From positions 1 to 64,000 of the forward strand of contig JBGGMJ010000188.1 in assembly GCA_041288095.1 (NCBI GenBank): a stretch of DNA of 64,000 bases, read 5' to 3'. This DNA is from Myxococcota bacterium (GTDB lineage: Bacteria; Myxococcota; XYA12-FULL-58-9; JALHOP01). Positions 49,183 to 59,895 of the stretch are shown one piece after another. Below the pieces are notes generated by a model. The model saw nothing but the letters and a program-made list of their open reading frames with translations. It did not search any database and was not told the DNA's origin. Positions within the stretch are counted from its first letter, which is position 1, and each line of letters opens with the position of its first letter. A program made the translations under genes and the position numbers.

Positions 49183-50094
49183 TCAGCTGCGCGACCCTTG
49201 TTTGTTGAAGAGATCGGCGATGACCAGAAAGCGGCGCAACGCGTAGAGCGAGCGATGCCACATCGTCACGAGGAACTCGGAGGGCACGGCCACGGTGTTG
49301 CAGACCAGGGCAACGCGGGGGAGTAGGCCCGAGGTATCCGGAGCCAATGAGAGCATGATGGTGAACGCGTCTTCGGCTTTCTGATCGATGAAATAGCGGT
49401 CGCCGGCGTCGTTCAGCTTGCGGCCTTCTAGATCGTAGAGGCTCGCGAGGGCTGCATTGAGCGGCGCGGGGTCGGCGAGGTCTCCGAACGCGACACGCAC
49501 GCTGTCCATGATGAAGCAGGCGTGGGACACGAGGGCCGGATCCCGCGCGGTCGTTTGCAAGATGAACTTGCGAACGTTCTCGATGAGCTCCTCGCGCGAG
49601 CGAAAACCGGGCATCAAGGTGTTGAAAAAGCGATAGAGGGCGAGCGACGTACTGGCCCAGTCGTAGCTACGCAAAGCCGAGTAGACCGTCGTGTAGAGGC
49701 TGTTGCTGTCGGCTTCGGCCTTGGAGATGTATCCGTTGATCTCGTAGCCCTCGAGGATCTGCCGCTGCGGAGCCTTGCCGGGCTGACCGGTGCGGATGAT
49801 GATCTGCGTCACGTCGTTCTTGAGGGCGCTGCGGATGTACGAGCAGAGCTCGAGCCCAGCGGTGTCGGTCTCCATGATGACATCGACGATAGCCAGAGCG
49901 ATGATGGTCGAATCCGCGAGGCCCTGCAGGTACTCGAGCGCGGCGCCTTTGTTCGCAAAGGTGGTGATCTGGAGACGCGCGCCGGCGTAATTCAGACGCT
50001 TGAGCACGAGGTCGCTCACCGCGAGAACGCTCGGATCGTCGTCGACGATCATGACATTGAAGTATTCGCGCCTGAACATGCGAGCCTCGGCCAT
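49183..50094 (-). CDS. Response regulator receiver protein without a recognisable output domain
   Basis: VMIVDDD, IVDVIMETDTAGL, IIIRTGQPG.AP and Y.INGYISK motifs. Confidence 0.85.
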   Translation of the reverse strand: MAEARMFRREYFNVMIVDDDPSVLAVSDLVLKRLNYAGARLQITTFANKGAALEYLQGLADSTIIALAIVDVIMETDTAGLELCSYIRSALKNDVTQIIIRTGQPGKAPQRQILEGYEINGYISKAEADSNSLYTTVYSALRSYDWASTSLALYRFFNTLMPGFRSREELIENVRKFILQTTARDPALVSHACFIMDSVRVAFGDLADPAPLNAALASLYDLEGRKLNDAGDRYFIDQKAEDAFTIMLSLAPDTSGLLPRVALVCNTVAVPSEFLVTMWHRSLYALRRFLVIADLFNKQGSRS

Positions 50095-50145
50095 AGCTTC
50101 GGGTGGGGACAGCCGTCATGTCAAACCCGAGGGGCCGCACTAGCC

Positions 50146-50173
50146 ACACCAGGGGGCCGGGCCGCGCCGATAC
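50146..50173 (+). promoter_or_regulatory. sigma28-like motif (N16 variant)
   Basis: ACAC-N16-GCCGATAC, ending 7 nt before ATG 50181. Confidence 0.5.
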
Positions 50174-50180
50174 ACTAGGT

Positions 50181-50492
50181 ATGCGGGTGCGTGAAGTTGC
50201 GACCAAACCGGTGATCTCCCTGGCGGAATTCGCTAGGGCAGCGGCGGATCCCGACGCCAAAGCCGGCTCATTGGGCCAGCGCGCTCGCGCCCACGTGGGG
50301 ACCCTGTCGCGGATAGTCCATCCGGCGCCTTCGGGCCCCGCGGCGCCCGTGCTGGACCTTGCTCCCGCCCTGAAAAACGCCCGTCAGAATGCCGCGATGC
50401 GCGCCCTAGTCGAAGCCATCGAGGCCGCCGTGCTGCCGCCGCCCCAGAGTAGCTACGTCATCGACCCGAGCCACGTTTTCTACGTCTCCTAA
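50181..50492 (+). CDS. Small Ala/Pro-rich hypothetical protein
   Basis: ORF flanked by the motif and a candidate terminator. Confidence 0.5.
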   Translation: MRVREVATKPVISLAEFARAAADPDAKAGSLGQRARAHVGTLSRIVHPAPSGPAAPVLDLAPALKNARQNAAMRALVEAIEAAVLPPPQSSYVIDPSHVFYVS

Positions 50493-50510
50493 GGCCCCGG
50501 TGAGCAGGCG

Positions 50511-50537
50511 GCGGGTTCCTTTGACCCCGCGTTTTTT
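50511..50537 (+). terminator. Candidate intrinsic terminator
   Basis: GCGGGTTC-cttt-GACCCCGC hairpin (one mismatch) followed by GTTTTTT. Confidence 0.45.
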
Positions 50538-50557
50538 CCCGGTACCCTTCCCCCACA

Positions 50558-51577
50558 ATGTCCATTCCAGCGCGCCTTTTGACCGCTGCAGCGGTCGCTT
50601 GCTCTCTCCAGTTGTTGACGGCGTGTGGTCAGGATTGCGGCGAAGGCACCGTGCGCCAGGGCGACGCCTGTGTGCCGGTGGGTTTCTCCTGTGGCGCCGG
50701 AACGGTCCTCTCCGACGGCGTCTGCGTGTCCGAGATCGACGCCTGCGGTGATGGAACCGTGGTCGACGGCACCACTTGCGTGCTCGACGACGGCTCGGTC
50801 ATCTGCGGCGAGGGAACGCAGTTCGATGTCGCGCTCGCGCGTTGCGTCGCCACGGTCGCGGGCGCCTGCGGTACCAACACCATCGCGGTCGACGATACCT
50901 GCGTGGTGGCCGCGCATCTGCGCTTGATTCACGCGGTGTCGGCGCCCAATGGCGAGGTCATCGATGTCTACGTCGACGGCCTGCTGGTGATGAACGACAT
51001 GACCTATCTCGGGGCCACGCGTTTCTTCGACGTCCCGGCCGGCACCCGCGACATCGCCATCGCCCTCCCGGAGAGCGGTGCCGCCATCGGCGACCCGGTA
51101 CCGGACGACGCCATCGCCACGTCCGTCACCGTAAGCCCCGTGACCGACAACGTCGCCGTCCTCGTCGGCTTCGATAGCGACAGCTTCGCCGCCGCCGGCC
51201 GTCAGTTGCCGAGGTCCGTCGAAGCGGACGACCTGGCCTTCACGGTGGTCCAAAGCAACCCCGATGCTCCAGCGCTCGTCGATGTCGAGCACGAGGGCGC
51301 CGATCACTACAGCGAAGGCGACGACGCGACGCTCGTCGACAACCTCGCATTCGGGACGGCATCGCCAGTCGTGACCATGTCCGCGTCACGCTTCGTGATG
51401 GGCTTCGGGGGCAACGGCGGTGCCGATGTCGACCGCTACCGCGCCTCGTGGGAAGACCTCGGCGGCGAGACCTTCACGCTGGTCATCGGTGCTCCAGAGG
51501 ACGACTACGAGCTCGGCCGCGTCTGGGTCTACTCGCGCAACGCCGACACCGGCGTCGAGCTACCGCTGTTCGACTGA
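50558..51577 (+). CDS. Lipoprotein with CGxGT Cys repeats and a DUF4397-like domain
   Basis: LTA-C lipobox; five CGxGT-like repeats; AHLRLIHA.....IDVYVDG motif. Confidence 0.8.
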   Translation: MSIPARLLTAAAVACSLQLLTACGQDCGEGTVRQGDACVPVGFSCGAGTVLSDGVCVSEIDACGDGTVVDGTTCVLDDGSVICGEGTQFDVALARCVATVAGACGTNTIAVDDTCVVAAHLRLIHAVSAPNGEVIDVYVDGLLVMNDMTYLGATRFFDVPAGTRDIAIALPESGAAIGDPVPDDAIATSVTVSPVTDNVAVLVGFDSDSFAAAGRQLPRSVEADDLAFTVVQSNPDAPALVDVEHEGADHYSEGDDATLVDNLAFGTASPVVTMSASRFVMGFGGNGGADVDRYRASWEDLGGETFTLVIGAPEDDYELGRVWVYSRNADTGVELPLFD

Positions 51578-52498
51578 GCGCTGCGCAAGGTACCAGCGCA
51601 CGGTCCGCGTCAGGCCCTCCTCGAGCCCGACCTTGGCACGAAACCCGAGCGCCGTGAGCCGTGACACGTCCATGAGCTTGCGCGGCGTGCCGTCGGGCTT
51701 GCTCGCGTCCCAGCGCACTTGACCGCTATAGCCGACGACCTTGGCGATGAGCTCGGCGAGCTCCTTGACGGTGACGTCGACGCCGGTGCCGACGTTCAAC
51801 GGCCCAGGTCCCGAGAAGTGGTCGAGCAGATGCAGCGCCGCGTCCGCCATATCCTCGACATAGAGAAACTCGCGCCGCGGCTGTCCGCTACCCCAGAGCG
51901 TCACCGACCCGCCGCTCTCCTTGGCCTCGACGAACTTGCGGATCATGGCGGGCACGACATGGGAGCTCATGAGATCGAAGTTGTCGTGCGGCCCATAGAG
52001 GTTCGTCGGCATGGCGCTGATGAAGTCGCAGCCATATTGAGCGCGATAGTGATCGCACATCTCGATGGCGGCGATCTTGGCGACCGCGTAGGCGCGGTTC
52101 GTCTCCTCCAGCGGACCGCTCAGAATGTGCTCCTCACGGAGCGGCTGCGGCGCGAGCTTGGGGTAGATGCAACTGCTCCCGAGGTTCAGGAGCTTCTTCA
52201 CGCCGCTCTGGTAGGCCGAGTGGATGACGTGGGTCGCAATGGTGAGATTCTCGTAGATGAAGGTCGCCGGGGCCGTGGCGTTGGCGTGGATGCCGCCGAC
52301 CTTGGCGGCGGCGAGGACGACGATCTCGGGCTTTTCGGTGGTGAAGAACGCGCGCACGGCGGCTTGGTCGAGGAGATCGAGCTCGGTCCGCGTGCGCAAG
52401 AGGAGGTTCTTGTGGCCCTTGGCTTCTAGGGCGCGGAGTACGGCGCTGCCAACTAGGCCGCGGTGGCCGGCGACGAAGATGCGGCTAGATGCCTGCAT
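51560..52498 (-). CDS. fcl: GDP-L-fucose synthase
   Basis: AGHRGLVGSA, AAKVGGI, GSSCIYP, YAVAK, MPTNLYGP and KPDGTPRK motifs. Confidence 0.95.
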   Translation of the reverse strand: MQASSRIFVAGHRGLVGSAVLRALEAKGHKNLLLRTRTELDLLDQAAVRAFFTTEKPEIVVLAAAKVGGIHANATAPATFIYENLTIATHVIHSAYQSGVKKLLNLGSSCIYPKLAPQPLREEHILSGPLEETNRAYAVAKIAAIEMCDHYRAQYGCDFISAMPTNLYGPHDNFDLMSSHVVPAMIRKFVEAKESGGSVTLWGSGQPRREFLYVEDMADAALHLLDHFSGPGPLNVGTGVDVTVKELAELIAKVVGYSGQVRWDASKPDGTPRKLMDVSRLTALGFRAKVGLEEGLTRTVRWYLAQRSVEQR

Positions 52499-52558
52499 GG
52501 GCGACGAGCTCCTTGCCCAGCCTTTGACAGGTTCCCGATTGGCTGACTAGATCCATAT

Positions 52559-53146
52559 GTGCGTCCGTTTCTCTTGCTCACCCTCCTGTCTGCGATGGCC
52601 TGTGGCACCAGCACGGCGCCAGCGGCAAGGGTCGGCGGTGCAGCCAAACCGCCCATCGAAAATGCCGTCTTGGGGCCTGGCGACGTCTTCGAAGTGCGGG
52701 TCTTTGGTGAAGAGGGCCTTTCAGGCGCCTACCGAGTAGCAAGCGACGGGACCATTGATTTTCCCCTCGTCGGCAAGACGAAAGTCGACGGCCTCACTGC
52801 CAGCACGCTGAGTGACCTGCTGCGTGCGTCTCTCAGCAGGTACGTGAACAATCCGAGCGTTTCGGTCTTTCTGAAGGAATACAATTCCCGGAAGATCTTT
52901 GTCTTTGGTCAGGTCCGGGAACCCGGCACGTTTCCTTACGAGCAAGGCATGAACATCGTGCAAGCAATAACCTCGGCGGGTGGCTTCGATAAGCTTGCTG
53001 ATCAGGATGGCACCTCCGTCACGCGCGTCGTCGATGGTCACGAGCAAAGGTTGAAGATTTCGGTCAAGGCGATTGCCGAAGGCCGCGCGCAAAATTTCAC
53101 GCTCGAGCCGGGCGATATCGTGTTCGTTCCCGAGACGATCTTCTGA
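52559..53146 (+). CDS. Polysaccharide export (OPX/Wza-like) lipoprotein, short form
   Basis: Lipobox; LGPGD..DGTIDFPLVG Poly_export motif; one SLBB domain; ends at PGDIVFVPETIF. Confidence 0.88.
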   Translation: MRPFLLLTLLSAMACGTSTAPAARVGGAAKPPIENAVLGPGDVFEVRVFGEEGLSGAYRVASDGTIDFPLVGKTKVDGLTASTLSDLLRASLSRYVNNPSVSVFLKEYNSRKIFVFGQVREPGTFPYEQGMNIVQAITSAGGFDKLADQDGTSVTRVVDGHEQRLKISVKAIAEGRAQNFTLEPGDIVFVPETIF

Positions 53147-53149
53147 CCC

Positions 53150-55492
53150 ATGCCAGTGCGAGTGTCGCGGCTCATCGCCTGCGTCTGCGTTGCCGTGCTC
53201 CCCATAGCAACCGCTCTAACGGCCCCATGGCGTGACGCGCTGCTCTGCGCCGCGTTATTCGTTGGTGTCACGCTTCTCGCGATGAGCGGCAGAGGTATCC
53301 GATTTCTGCCCAATCTCGTCGCCATCGTCATCCTCGGCGCGCTAGGGGTTACTTTGCTCCAATGCGTGCCGCTCCCCAAAGCCCTGCTCGAAATGCTCTC
53401 TCCCGGCGCGGCGGAGGTTTATGCAGTCACGATCCCGGACGGGGCGTTCCTCCCGCTAAGTCTCGATGTGCCAGCAACGGCTCATTGGGTCATCAAGCTT
53501 CTCGCGCTGTACGCCGGAGCGGTCATGGCGCCGGTGCTGTTCGGCACCCGTGACGATCGACGGTGGATTATTGCAGCGGTTGCGACGAGCGGTCTGGTTC
53601 TGCTCGTGCTTTCCCTCATGACCGCGGGCGTGGTCCCGGGCACCACGCCACTGCGTGGACCTATCAACAACCCCAACCATGCCGCGACGTTCTTCGGGCT
53701 CGCGAGCCTGCTTGCCGGCGCGGGGTGGACGCGCGACGATGAGCCTCGATGGCCTTTGTACGCGATAGCGTGCGTTGCGTGTGGCGCCGCCGTGCTCCTT
53801 ACCTTGTCGCGCGGCGCGGCCCTGAGCTTCGTCGTAGCCACCGTCGCGGCTCTCGTTGTTTGGTATCGTGGATCGCGTAGGCGAAAGTCCGTCGGGTTGG
53901 CGTTAGCGGCCGCCGCAATTGCCTTGGCTGGCTTGGTTTTCTGGATCGTGCGGTCGGAGTCCGCATGGGCGGCCGATCAAGTGGACAAGACACAACTGTG
54001 GCCACTAGCGATGAGGATGATTCCGAGCTTCCCTTGGGTGGGCATCGGTCGCGGTGCATTCGCGACTGTGTTCACGCGCTATAATGAGTTTCCACTCGAC
54101 GTCACCTTTACTCACGCCGAGAATGAGTACTTGCAGGCCATCATCGACTTGGGCGTGCCATTCGCGCTGATCATGATGGGACTGCTCGCGTTTCAGGTGT
54201 TGTCCATCATCCGTCGCGCACGACGCCGCGTCGATATCGTCTTGATTGTTGCCTTGCTCTTCGTTGCGTCGCGCGAGCTCGTCGACTTCGGCAGCACGCG
54301 GCTCGCTATTTCACTGCCCTGTGTCTTTATTATGTCCGCGTTAGCGAGCGACAGGCGTCCGCGAATGGACGGCTTTCGTGGCTGGCGCGCGTTGCTGGTT
54401 CCGGTCGGAGTTGCCCTGTTGCTCGTCGCGAGTGCAGCGCAGGCAATCCCCTTCGAGCTAGGTCGAGATACGCGCGTGATGGCGGCGTTGCCGTACGATG
54501 CGCACTCGGCCGCGCGGCGCATCCTAGAGCGCCACCCCGCGGACTTCGTGCTGCGCGCGCTGCGCGTCTCCCGCGGCCTGGAGTCCAAGGCCTTGGACCG
54601 CGCTCTCTGGCACGACCTGAATGCGGTGTTGTTTCTCGCTCCCATGCACGCGACGCCACACCGACTCACCGGCCGAGCGCTCTTCATGGCTGGCCATCAC
54701 GCACAGGCCCTGAGCGAATATCGCACGGCGATTCACATCGACCGCGCCAAGACTTCTCAAATCATCGAGGAGCTCGCGCGCACGCAGGCTAGCGACGACG
54801 AGCTTGCCTCTCTGGGCGATGAGCCAGCCGCCCGAGAACCGCTCGGCATCCACTTTCTGCGGCGGCATCAGCCAGGTCGTGTGCTTGCGGTGCTGGGAGA
54901 GCTCGATGAAAAGAGCTCAGCCGTAGCAGTGGAGCTCACCGCGCGGGCCGCCTTGGAGCTTGGCGATGTCACACGCGCACTCGACTTGGCCGGTACCCTG
55001 ATCGCGCGTGCGCCGAATTATCACGCTGGCTACGAAGTCGAGTACCGGGCGAGATCGCGGCTCGGCGATAGCGAGCAGGCAGAGGCAATCCTCGCGCGTG
55101 GCACGACCATGTTGCCGACCTCGCGCGAGCTCGCGCAGCTTGCAGTCGAGCGCGCGCTAGCCGGTGGTCGCGCGCAGGAAGCGCGCGGGCTCGCCCAGGG
55201 ATATCTCATGCGTGCCGGATCGGCTGCCGATATGGCTCAGGCCCATGTGTGGATTGCTAGCAGCCATGAGCAGGAAGGCAACCTCTCGAGGGCGATGCGC
55301 GATGTCACGCGCGCGGCCGAGCTCGCACCGGACGACGCTGTCGTTCGCGTTTCGATGGTGCGCCTGTTATGCGCCATGGGAGACGCGGCGGGAGCGCAGC
55401 GTGAGCTGGCCGTCGCTCGCAGGATCCTCGGCGACACGGACGCGCTAAAAGCTCTCGAGGCGCTCGTCGCACGAACCACCGACTCTCATTGA
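53150..55492 (+). CDS. O-antigen ligase/Wzy_C family membrane protein with C-terminal TPRs
   Basis: NPNH, TLSRGA, PWVGIGRGAF and HAENEYLQ motifs; about 12 TM helices; TPR-like tail. Confidence 0.85.
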   Translation: MPVRVSRLIACVCVAVLPIATALTAPWRDALLCAALFVGVTLLAMSGRGIRFLPNLVAIVILGALGVTLLQCVPLPKALLEMLSPGAAEVYAVTIPDGAFLPLSLDVPATAHWVIKLLALYAGAVMAPVLFGTRDDRRWIIAAVATSGLVLLVLSLMTAGVVPGTTPLRGPINNPNHAATFFGLASLLAGAGWTRDDEPRWPLYAIACVACGAAVLLTLSRGAALSFVVATVAALVVWYRGSRRRKSVGLALAAAAIALAGLVFWIVRSESAWAADQVDKTQLWPLAMRMIPSFPWVGIGRGAFATVFTRYNEFPLDVTFTHAENEYLQAIIDLGVPFALIMMGLLAFQVLSIIRRARRRVDIVLIVALLFVASRELVDFGSTRLAISLPCVFIMSALASDRRPRMDGFRGWRALLVPVGVALLLVASAAQAIPFELGRDTRVMAALPYDAHSAARRILERHPADFVLRALRVSRGLESKALDRALWHDLNAVLFLAPMHATPHRLTGRALFMAGHHAQALSEYRTAIHIDRAKTSQIIEELARTQASDDELASLGDEPAAREPLGIHFLRRHQPGRVLAVLGELDEKSSAVAVELTARAALELGDVTRALDLAGTLIARAPNYHAGYEVEYRARSRLGDSEQAEAILARGTTMLPTSRELAQLAVERALAGGRAQEARGLAQGYLMRAGSAADMAQAHVWIASSHEQEGNLSRAMRDVTRAAELAPDDAVVRVSMVRLLCAMGDAAGAQRELAVARRILGDTDALKALEALVARTTDSH

Positions 55493-56706
55493 GCGTTTGC
55501 CACGCGCTCGACCACATCGCAGAACCCGCCACAAAGGCGTTGCTTACTGAATCTATGCTCGGCCAGTTGCCGCGCTTTTTTTCCCAACGCGTCGAGCTCG
55601 TGCTGAGGCATCACTGTGACGCGCTCAAGAAGGCGCTCTGCCGCGTCAACATCGCCGTGGGCAACGCGCCAGCCGATGCCATGGTCTTGGACCACGCGAT
55701 CGATATGGGAGGCCGCGGGGCCGAGATAGATGATTGGCCGGCCAGCGGCCAACGCACCGTACAACTTGCTCGGGTGGACAATGCCGCGCATGGCGTCACC
55801 CAAGGAGACCAGGTGAACATCCGCGGCGGACAGCGAAAAACGCAAGCGCTCCAGCGGTTCGTACGGCAGGCTCACCACGTTGGCGATGGGGTCCCGCGCG
55901 AGCTCGGCGTCGAGGCGCTTCTTACCTTCTCCCCCCCCCACCACGTAAATGCGCAAGCCTTGAAGGTGTGTCACCCGCCGCGCAGCCTCGATGAACGTCG
56001 TCACGGGCGAGGCAGTGCTCAAGTTGCCGCTGAACATCACGACGCGCTTCCCCACGAGGTCGTGCTCCGCGCGAAAAGGGTTTTGCGCGTGCTCGACCGG
56101 CTCGATGTAGTCATCGAGCGGCCACGGCGGTAGCACCGTCATGCGATCAGCAAGGGCCCCCTTGGCGCGCATCCGAACGGCCATGTCATCGTCGAGCACC
56201 ACGAGGTGATCTGCCGTGCGCGCGATACGATTATTCCAGGCTCGCAGCGCGATGACCGCCGGATGGCGCTCCGAAAGTCGTCCGAGAGCGACGATCTGAT
56301 CAGGGTTCACGTCCATCACCCAGTACAGCAGCGGCACTCGGTGGATGCGCGCCAACGCCTTCCCCACGAGGGACGACAGAGGTGGTGATGTGCCAACGAT
56401 GACGATGTCAGGCTTGAAGCCGCGCAGGCTGCGCAGGGTGCTCTGCAGCACGAAGCCCGCCGACCCGGCAATGCGATGACCGACGCTACTCTTCCCGAAT
56501 GACGACCACGGCACGCGTAGAACCTCGACGCCGCCCATCATCTCGTGTGCTGGAAAGGTGAGCGTCGGATCGTCGTAGCCATGGCGCGACGTCACGACGC
56601 GCACGGTCGCGCCGCGCTTGGCGAGCTCCGCCGTGGCCTGGAACAAATGCTCGCCGACCGCGCCCGGCTCCGGCGCAAATACCTGAGAGACGAGCAGCGC
56701 GCGCAT
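55486..56706 (-). CDS. Glycosyltransferase family 4 (WcaI-like)
   Basis: SQVFAPE, TSPP, DVNPD and PSKLYGALAAGRP motifs. Confidence 0.88.
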   Translation of the reverse strand: MRALLVSQVFAPEPGAVGEHLFQATAELAKRGATVRVVTSRHGYDDPTLTFPAHEMMGGVEVLRVPWSSFGKSSVGHRIAGSAGFVLQSTLRSLRGFKPDIVIVGTSPPLSSLVGKALARIHRVPLLYWVMDVNPDQIVALGRLSERHPAVIALRAWNNRIARTADHLVVLDDDMAVRMRAKGALADRMTVLPPWPLDDYIEPVEHAQNPFRAEHDLVGKRVVMFSGNLSTASPVTTFIEAARRVTHLQGLRIYVVGGGEGKKRLDAELARDPIANVVSLPYEPLERLRFSLSAADVHLVSLGDAMRGIVHPSKLYGALAAGRPIIYLGPAASHIDRVVQDHGIGWRVAHGDVDAAERLLERVTVMPQHELDALGKKARQLAEHRFSKQRLCGGFCDVVERVANAQ

Positions 56707-57359
56707 CAGAGGTCATGCCACCCTGGGTCGCGGACCTTGATGACGCGCGAGGGAACACCGACCGTGGTGACATTCGCGGGTACGTGCGTGGTCAACGAAG
56801 CTCCGGCACCGATGATTGACCACTCTCCGACCGTGACGCTCTGGATCGTGGTGCTGCCGATGCCCATGTCGCTGCCGGTGCCTACGCGCGTGCCGCCGGC
56901 GAGGCTGACGCGGGGCGCAAGGGTGACGAAGTCGTCGAGGACGCAGTCATGGGAGACCGTGGAGCCAACGTTGACGATGACGTGCGACCCGAGCTGTACG
57001 TCGCAGGTGATGACCGCTCCAGCGCACACCATGGAGCCGGTCCCGATGCTCACACGCGCGCCTATGCTGGCGCGGGGATGAATGAGTGTCGCGAAGCGCG
57101 CGCCATGAAGGGCCGATACGACCCGCCGGCGGTGAACGCTGTTGCCGATGGCGACGGTAACCGCGACCGACGAGCGCGACCGCAGCCAGTCCCCTCCACC
57201 GAGCACACGACCTCCACCGAGCGTCATCCCGTGTCTCGCCGCGTCGTCATCGAGAAAGCCCAAAAATGACCACGTAGGCCGGGCGGCGTTCACATCGTCC
57301 ACCAATTGGGCAATCTCTCGGGCGTGACCGCCACTACCGTAGATGACGAGCTCATGCAT
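56706..57359 (-). CDS. Sugar N-acetyltransferase (PglD/NeuD-like)
   Basis: IYGSGGHARE, FLDD, hexapeptide repeats, SHDC and VGVPSR motifs. Confidence 0.9.
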   Translation of the reverse strand: MHELVIYGSGGHAREIAQLVDDVNAARPTWSFLGFLDDDAARHGMTLGGGRVLGGGDWLRSRSSVAVTVAIGNSVHRRRVVSALHGARFATLIHPRASIGARVSIGTGSMVCAGAVITCDVQLGSHVIVNVGSTVSHDCVLDDFVTLAPRVSLAGGTRVGTGSDMGIGSTTIQSVTVGEWSIIGAGASLTTHVPANVTTVGVPSRVIKVRDPGWHDL

Positions 57360-57966
57360 GATCATTTCCCAGGAACTCGGGCATCGTCGCGTGTCCAGCT
57401 GCACTGATACCGTGACGCATGAGTACGCTCCAGGCCGTCTCGACGAGAATGCGTGCGTCCAGAAGGAGGCTCCAGTTGTCCACGTACCAGATATCGAGAT
57501 CGAATTTCTGCTCCCATGTGAGCGAGTTACGGCCACGCACTTGAGCGAGTCCCGTGAGTCCGGGTGGTACCTCGTGCCGTCGCGCTTGGCGATCGCTGTA
57601 GCGGTCGAGGTACCGCGTGAGTAGGGGCCGGGGTCCGACGAGGCTCATGTCGCCATGCAGAACATTCAGCAGGGTAGGCAGCTCATCGATGCTGGTGGTC
57701 CGTAGTAGAAGACCAAGTCGTGTCAATCGCTCGCCGTCCGGCGCACCCTGAGGCTCATCGCGCATCGTGCGGAACTTGCGCAGCTTGAACGGTCTTCCGT
57801 GCAAGCCGGGCCGCTCCTGGACGAACAGCACTGGACTGCCCATCGACACACGAATTGCCAGCGCCGCCGCCGCCACGATCGGCGATGAGACGGTGAGACC
57901 GGCCGCCGCGATGCCTATGTCCACAACCCGCTTCAAACGCCGTGATTTGATGATACGTGCCAGCAC
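57352..57966 (-). CDS. Priming phosphoglycosyltransferase (PglC-like)
   Basis: [36 protein letters not shown] and DIWYV motifs. Confidence 0.92.
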   Translation of the reverse strand: MLARIIKSRRLKRVVDIGIAAAGLTVSSPIVAAAALAIRVSMGSPVLFVQERPGLHGRPFKLRKFRTMRDEPQGAPDGERLTRLGLLLRTTSIDELPTLLNVLHGDMSLVGPRPLLTRYLDRYSDRQARRHEVPPGLTGLAQVRGRNSLTWEQKFDLDIWYVDNWSLLLDARILVETAWSVLMRHGISAAGHATMPEFLGNDHA

Positions 57967-57969
57967 GAG

Positions 57970-59895
57970 TTAGTTGAGGACAGGGGGACGAGTGGTGTCC
58001 GCTTTCGCGACGTCGCCGCCCGCAGGCTTGGTTTGGGGATGATACTCCGGAACGGCCGCGCTCAGCGCTGCGCGAATCTCGGACGGGTCGGCTCTGCCAA
58101 TAAGGCTCGCCATGCGCTCGACCAAGGCGGCGGCTTCTTCGAGCCCCCTCGTCGTCGTACGCGCCACGAAGACCTTGTCGTGGGTCGTGCGCTCCGCTGA
58201 CTCACCGTCGAGCACCAGCTCCTCGAAGAGCTTCTCACCCGGACGAATACCAGTGAACTCGATTGCGATGTCTTCGTCGGGCTCCAATCCTGACAGCCGA
58301 ATCAAGTCGCGCGCGAGATCTACGATCTTCACCGAGTCTCCCATGTCGAGGATGAAGATTTCGCCACCGCGGCCCATGGTCGCTGCTTGCACGACGAGCT
58401 GACAAGCTTCTGGCACCGTCATGAAGTAGCGGCGCATTTCTGGATGCGTGACGGTGATCGGCCCGCCGCGAGCGATCTGTTCCTTGAAGAGCGGCACGAC
58501 GCTGCCCGCCGATCCCAAGACGTTGCCGAAGCGCACGGCGACGAACTTGGTGCGACTGCTGCTCGAAAGAGCTTGGATGTAGATCTCGGAAAGGCGCTTC
58601 GTAACTCCCATGACGGAGGTTGGGTTGACTGCCTTGTCTGTCGAGATCATGACGAACTGACGCACCTCGTGGCGGTGCGCGAGGTCGGCCAGAGTACGCG
58701 TCCCGAGCAGGTTGTTCTTGATGGCCTCGCCGGGATTCCACTCCATCATGGGCACATGTTTGTGCGCCGCGGCATGAAAGACCACCTCGGGCGTCTCGCG
58801 CGAGAATATTTGGCTCATCGTCGGCTCGTCGCCAACGTCGGCAACGAGCGGCAAGATCTGGAGGCTTGCCCACTGCGCGACGAGCTCCCGGTGAATCTCG
58901 AAAAGGGCGTTCTCCGAGCGCTCTACCAGGAGCAAACGCGCTGGGCCGAAGCGGCACACCTGCCGGCATAGCTCCGAACCAATGCTGCCGCCGGCGCCCG
59001 TGACCATCACTACGCGTCCGCTAACGCGGTCGGAAATGGAATGCTCGTCGAGCAAGACCGGGTCACGGCGCAAAAGGTCATCGATCGCCACCGAACGAAT
59101 GCGCGTGAGGTTAACCGTGCCACCGACGATCTCATAGAGGCCAGGAATCATCTTGGTCGGTAGACCGAGCTGCCGGCAGCGGCTTTCGATACTTCGAACG
59201 ACCGCGCCGGGTGCATTGGCGATTGTGATGAGCACCTGGTCGAACTCGTGCTCCTCCGCGATGCGCGGCAGGTCGTTCATCGTTCCCAGCACCGGGATTC
59301 CGAAGATGTCGGTACCGATCTTTGTTGCCTCGTCATCGATGAAGGCGACAGGCACCATGCCCAAATCCGGTCTTCGGCTCATTTCACGCGCCACGGCAAC
59401 GCCGCTCTCTCCCGCGCCCACCAAAAGCGTACGCAATCGCGCGTTGGAGAGTGGCATGCGTCGTTCGCGCTCTGCATGCTCGCCCAGGATGCGTCGGATC
59501 GCTCGCAAACCAGTGGTGCCGAGCAGGACGAGAGCCGCGTTGATCGAGAGCACGCCGAGCGGCAGCGACGCGAATCGCGCCCACTCGCTTTCGTCCGTGT
59601 GCATTCCGGCGATCAAGCGCACGAACACCAAGAACGAAGAGCTCGCCATGACCGCAACAGCGATGCGGCTTGCCTCGCGCAGACCGATGTAGCGCCACGA
59701 AAAGCGGGTGACGCGAGACGCTAGAAGGACGAGGAACTCCAGGACGATGACATACGGCCAAGCGACGAGGTGTCGCGAGAGCATGTCTTCGTCGGGCTGC
59801 CAATCGAAGCGCAGCGCCACCGCGAGCCAGAACGCGAGCGACAGGACCGCCACATCCAGCGCGTTCTGCGTCGTTCTGTTGAGGAGCTTCGTCAT
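57970..59895 (-). CDS. UDP-GlcNAc 4,6-dehydratase (PglF/CapD-like)
   Basis: Four N-terminal TM helices; TGAGGSIGSEL, HAAAHKHVP, STDKAV and RFGNVLGS motifs. Confidence 0.93.
   Translation of the reverse strand: MTKLLNRTTQNALDVAVLSLAFWLAVALRFDWQPDEDMLSRHLVAWPYVIVLEFLVLLASRVTRFSWRYIGLREASRIAVAVMASSSFLVFVRLIAGMHTDESEWARFASLPLGVLSINAALVLLGTTGLRAIRRILGEHAERERRMPLSNARLRTLLVGAGESGVAVAREMSRRPDLGMVPVAFIDDEATKIGTDIFGIPVLGTMNDLPRIAEEHEFDQVLITIANAPGAVVRSIESRCRQLGLPTKMIPGLYEIVGGTVNLTRIRSVAIDDLLRRDPVLLDEHSISDRVSGRVVMVTGAGGSIGSELCRQVCRFGPARLLLVERSENALFEIHRELVAQWASLQILPLVADVGDEPTMSQIFSRETPEVVFHAAAHKHVPMMEWNPGEAIKNNLLGTRTLADLAHRHEVRQFVMISTDKAVNPTSVMGVTKRLSEIYIQALSSSSRTKFVAVRFGNVLGSAGSVVPLFKEQIARGGPITVTHPEMRRYFMTVPEACQLVVQAATMGRGGEIFILDMGDSVKIVDLARDLIRLSGLEPDEDIAIEFTGIRPGEKLFEELVLDGESAERTTHDKVFVARTTTRGLEEAAALVERMASLIGRADPSEIRAALSAAVPEYHPQTKPAGGDVAKADTTRPPVLN

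Noticed and set aside
43373..52513. GGAGCTCGT shared between the gmd 3' end and the region upstream of fcl as an inversion site
   Set aside because: Only 9 bp long and contains the very common GAGCTC word; not distinguishable from chance.
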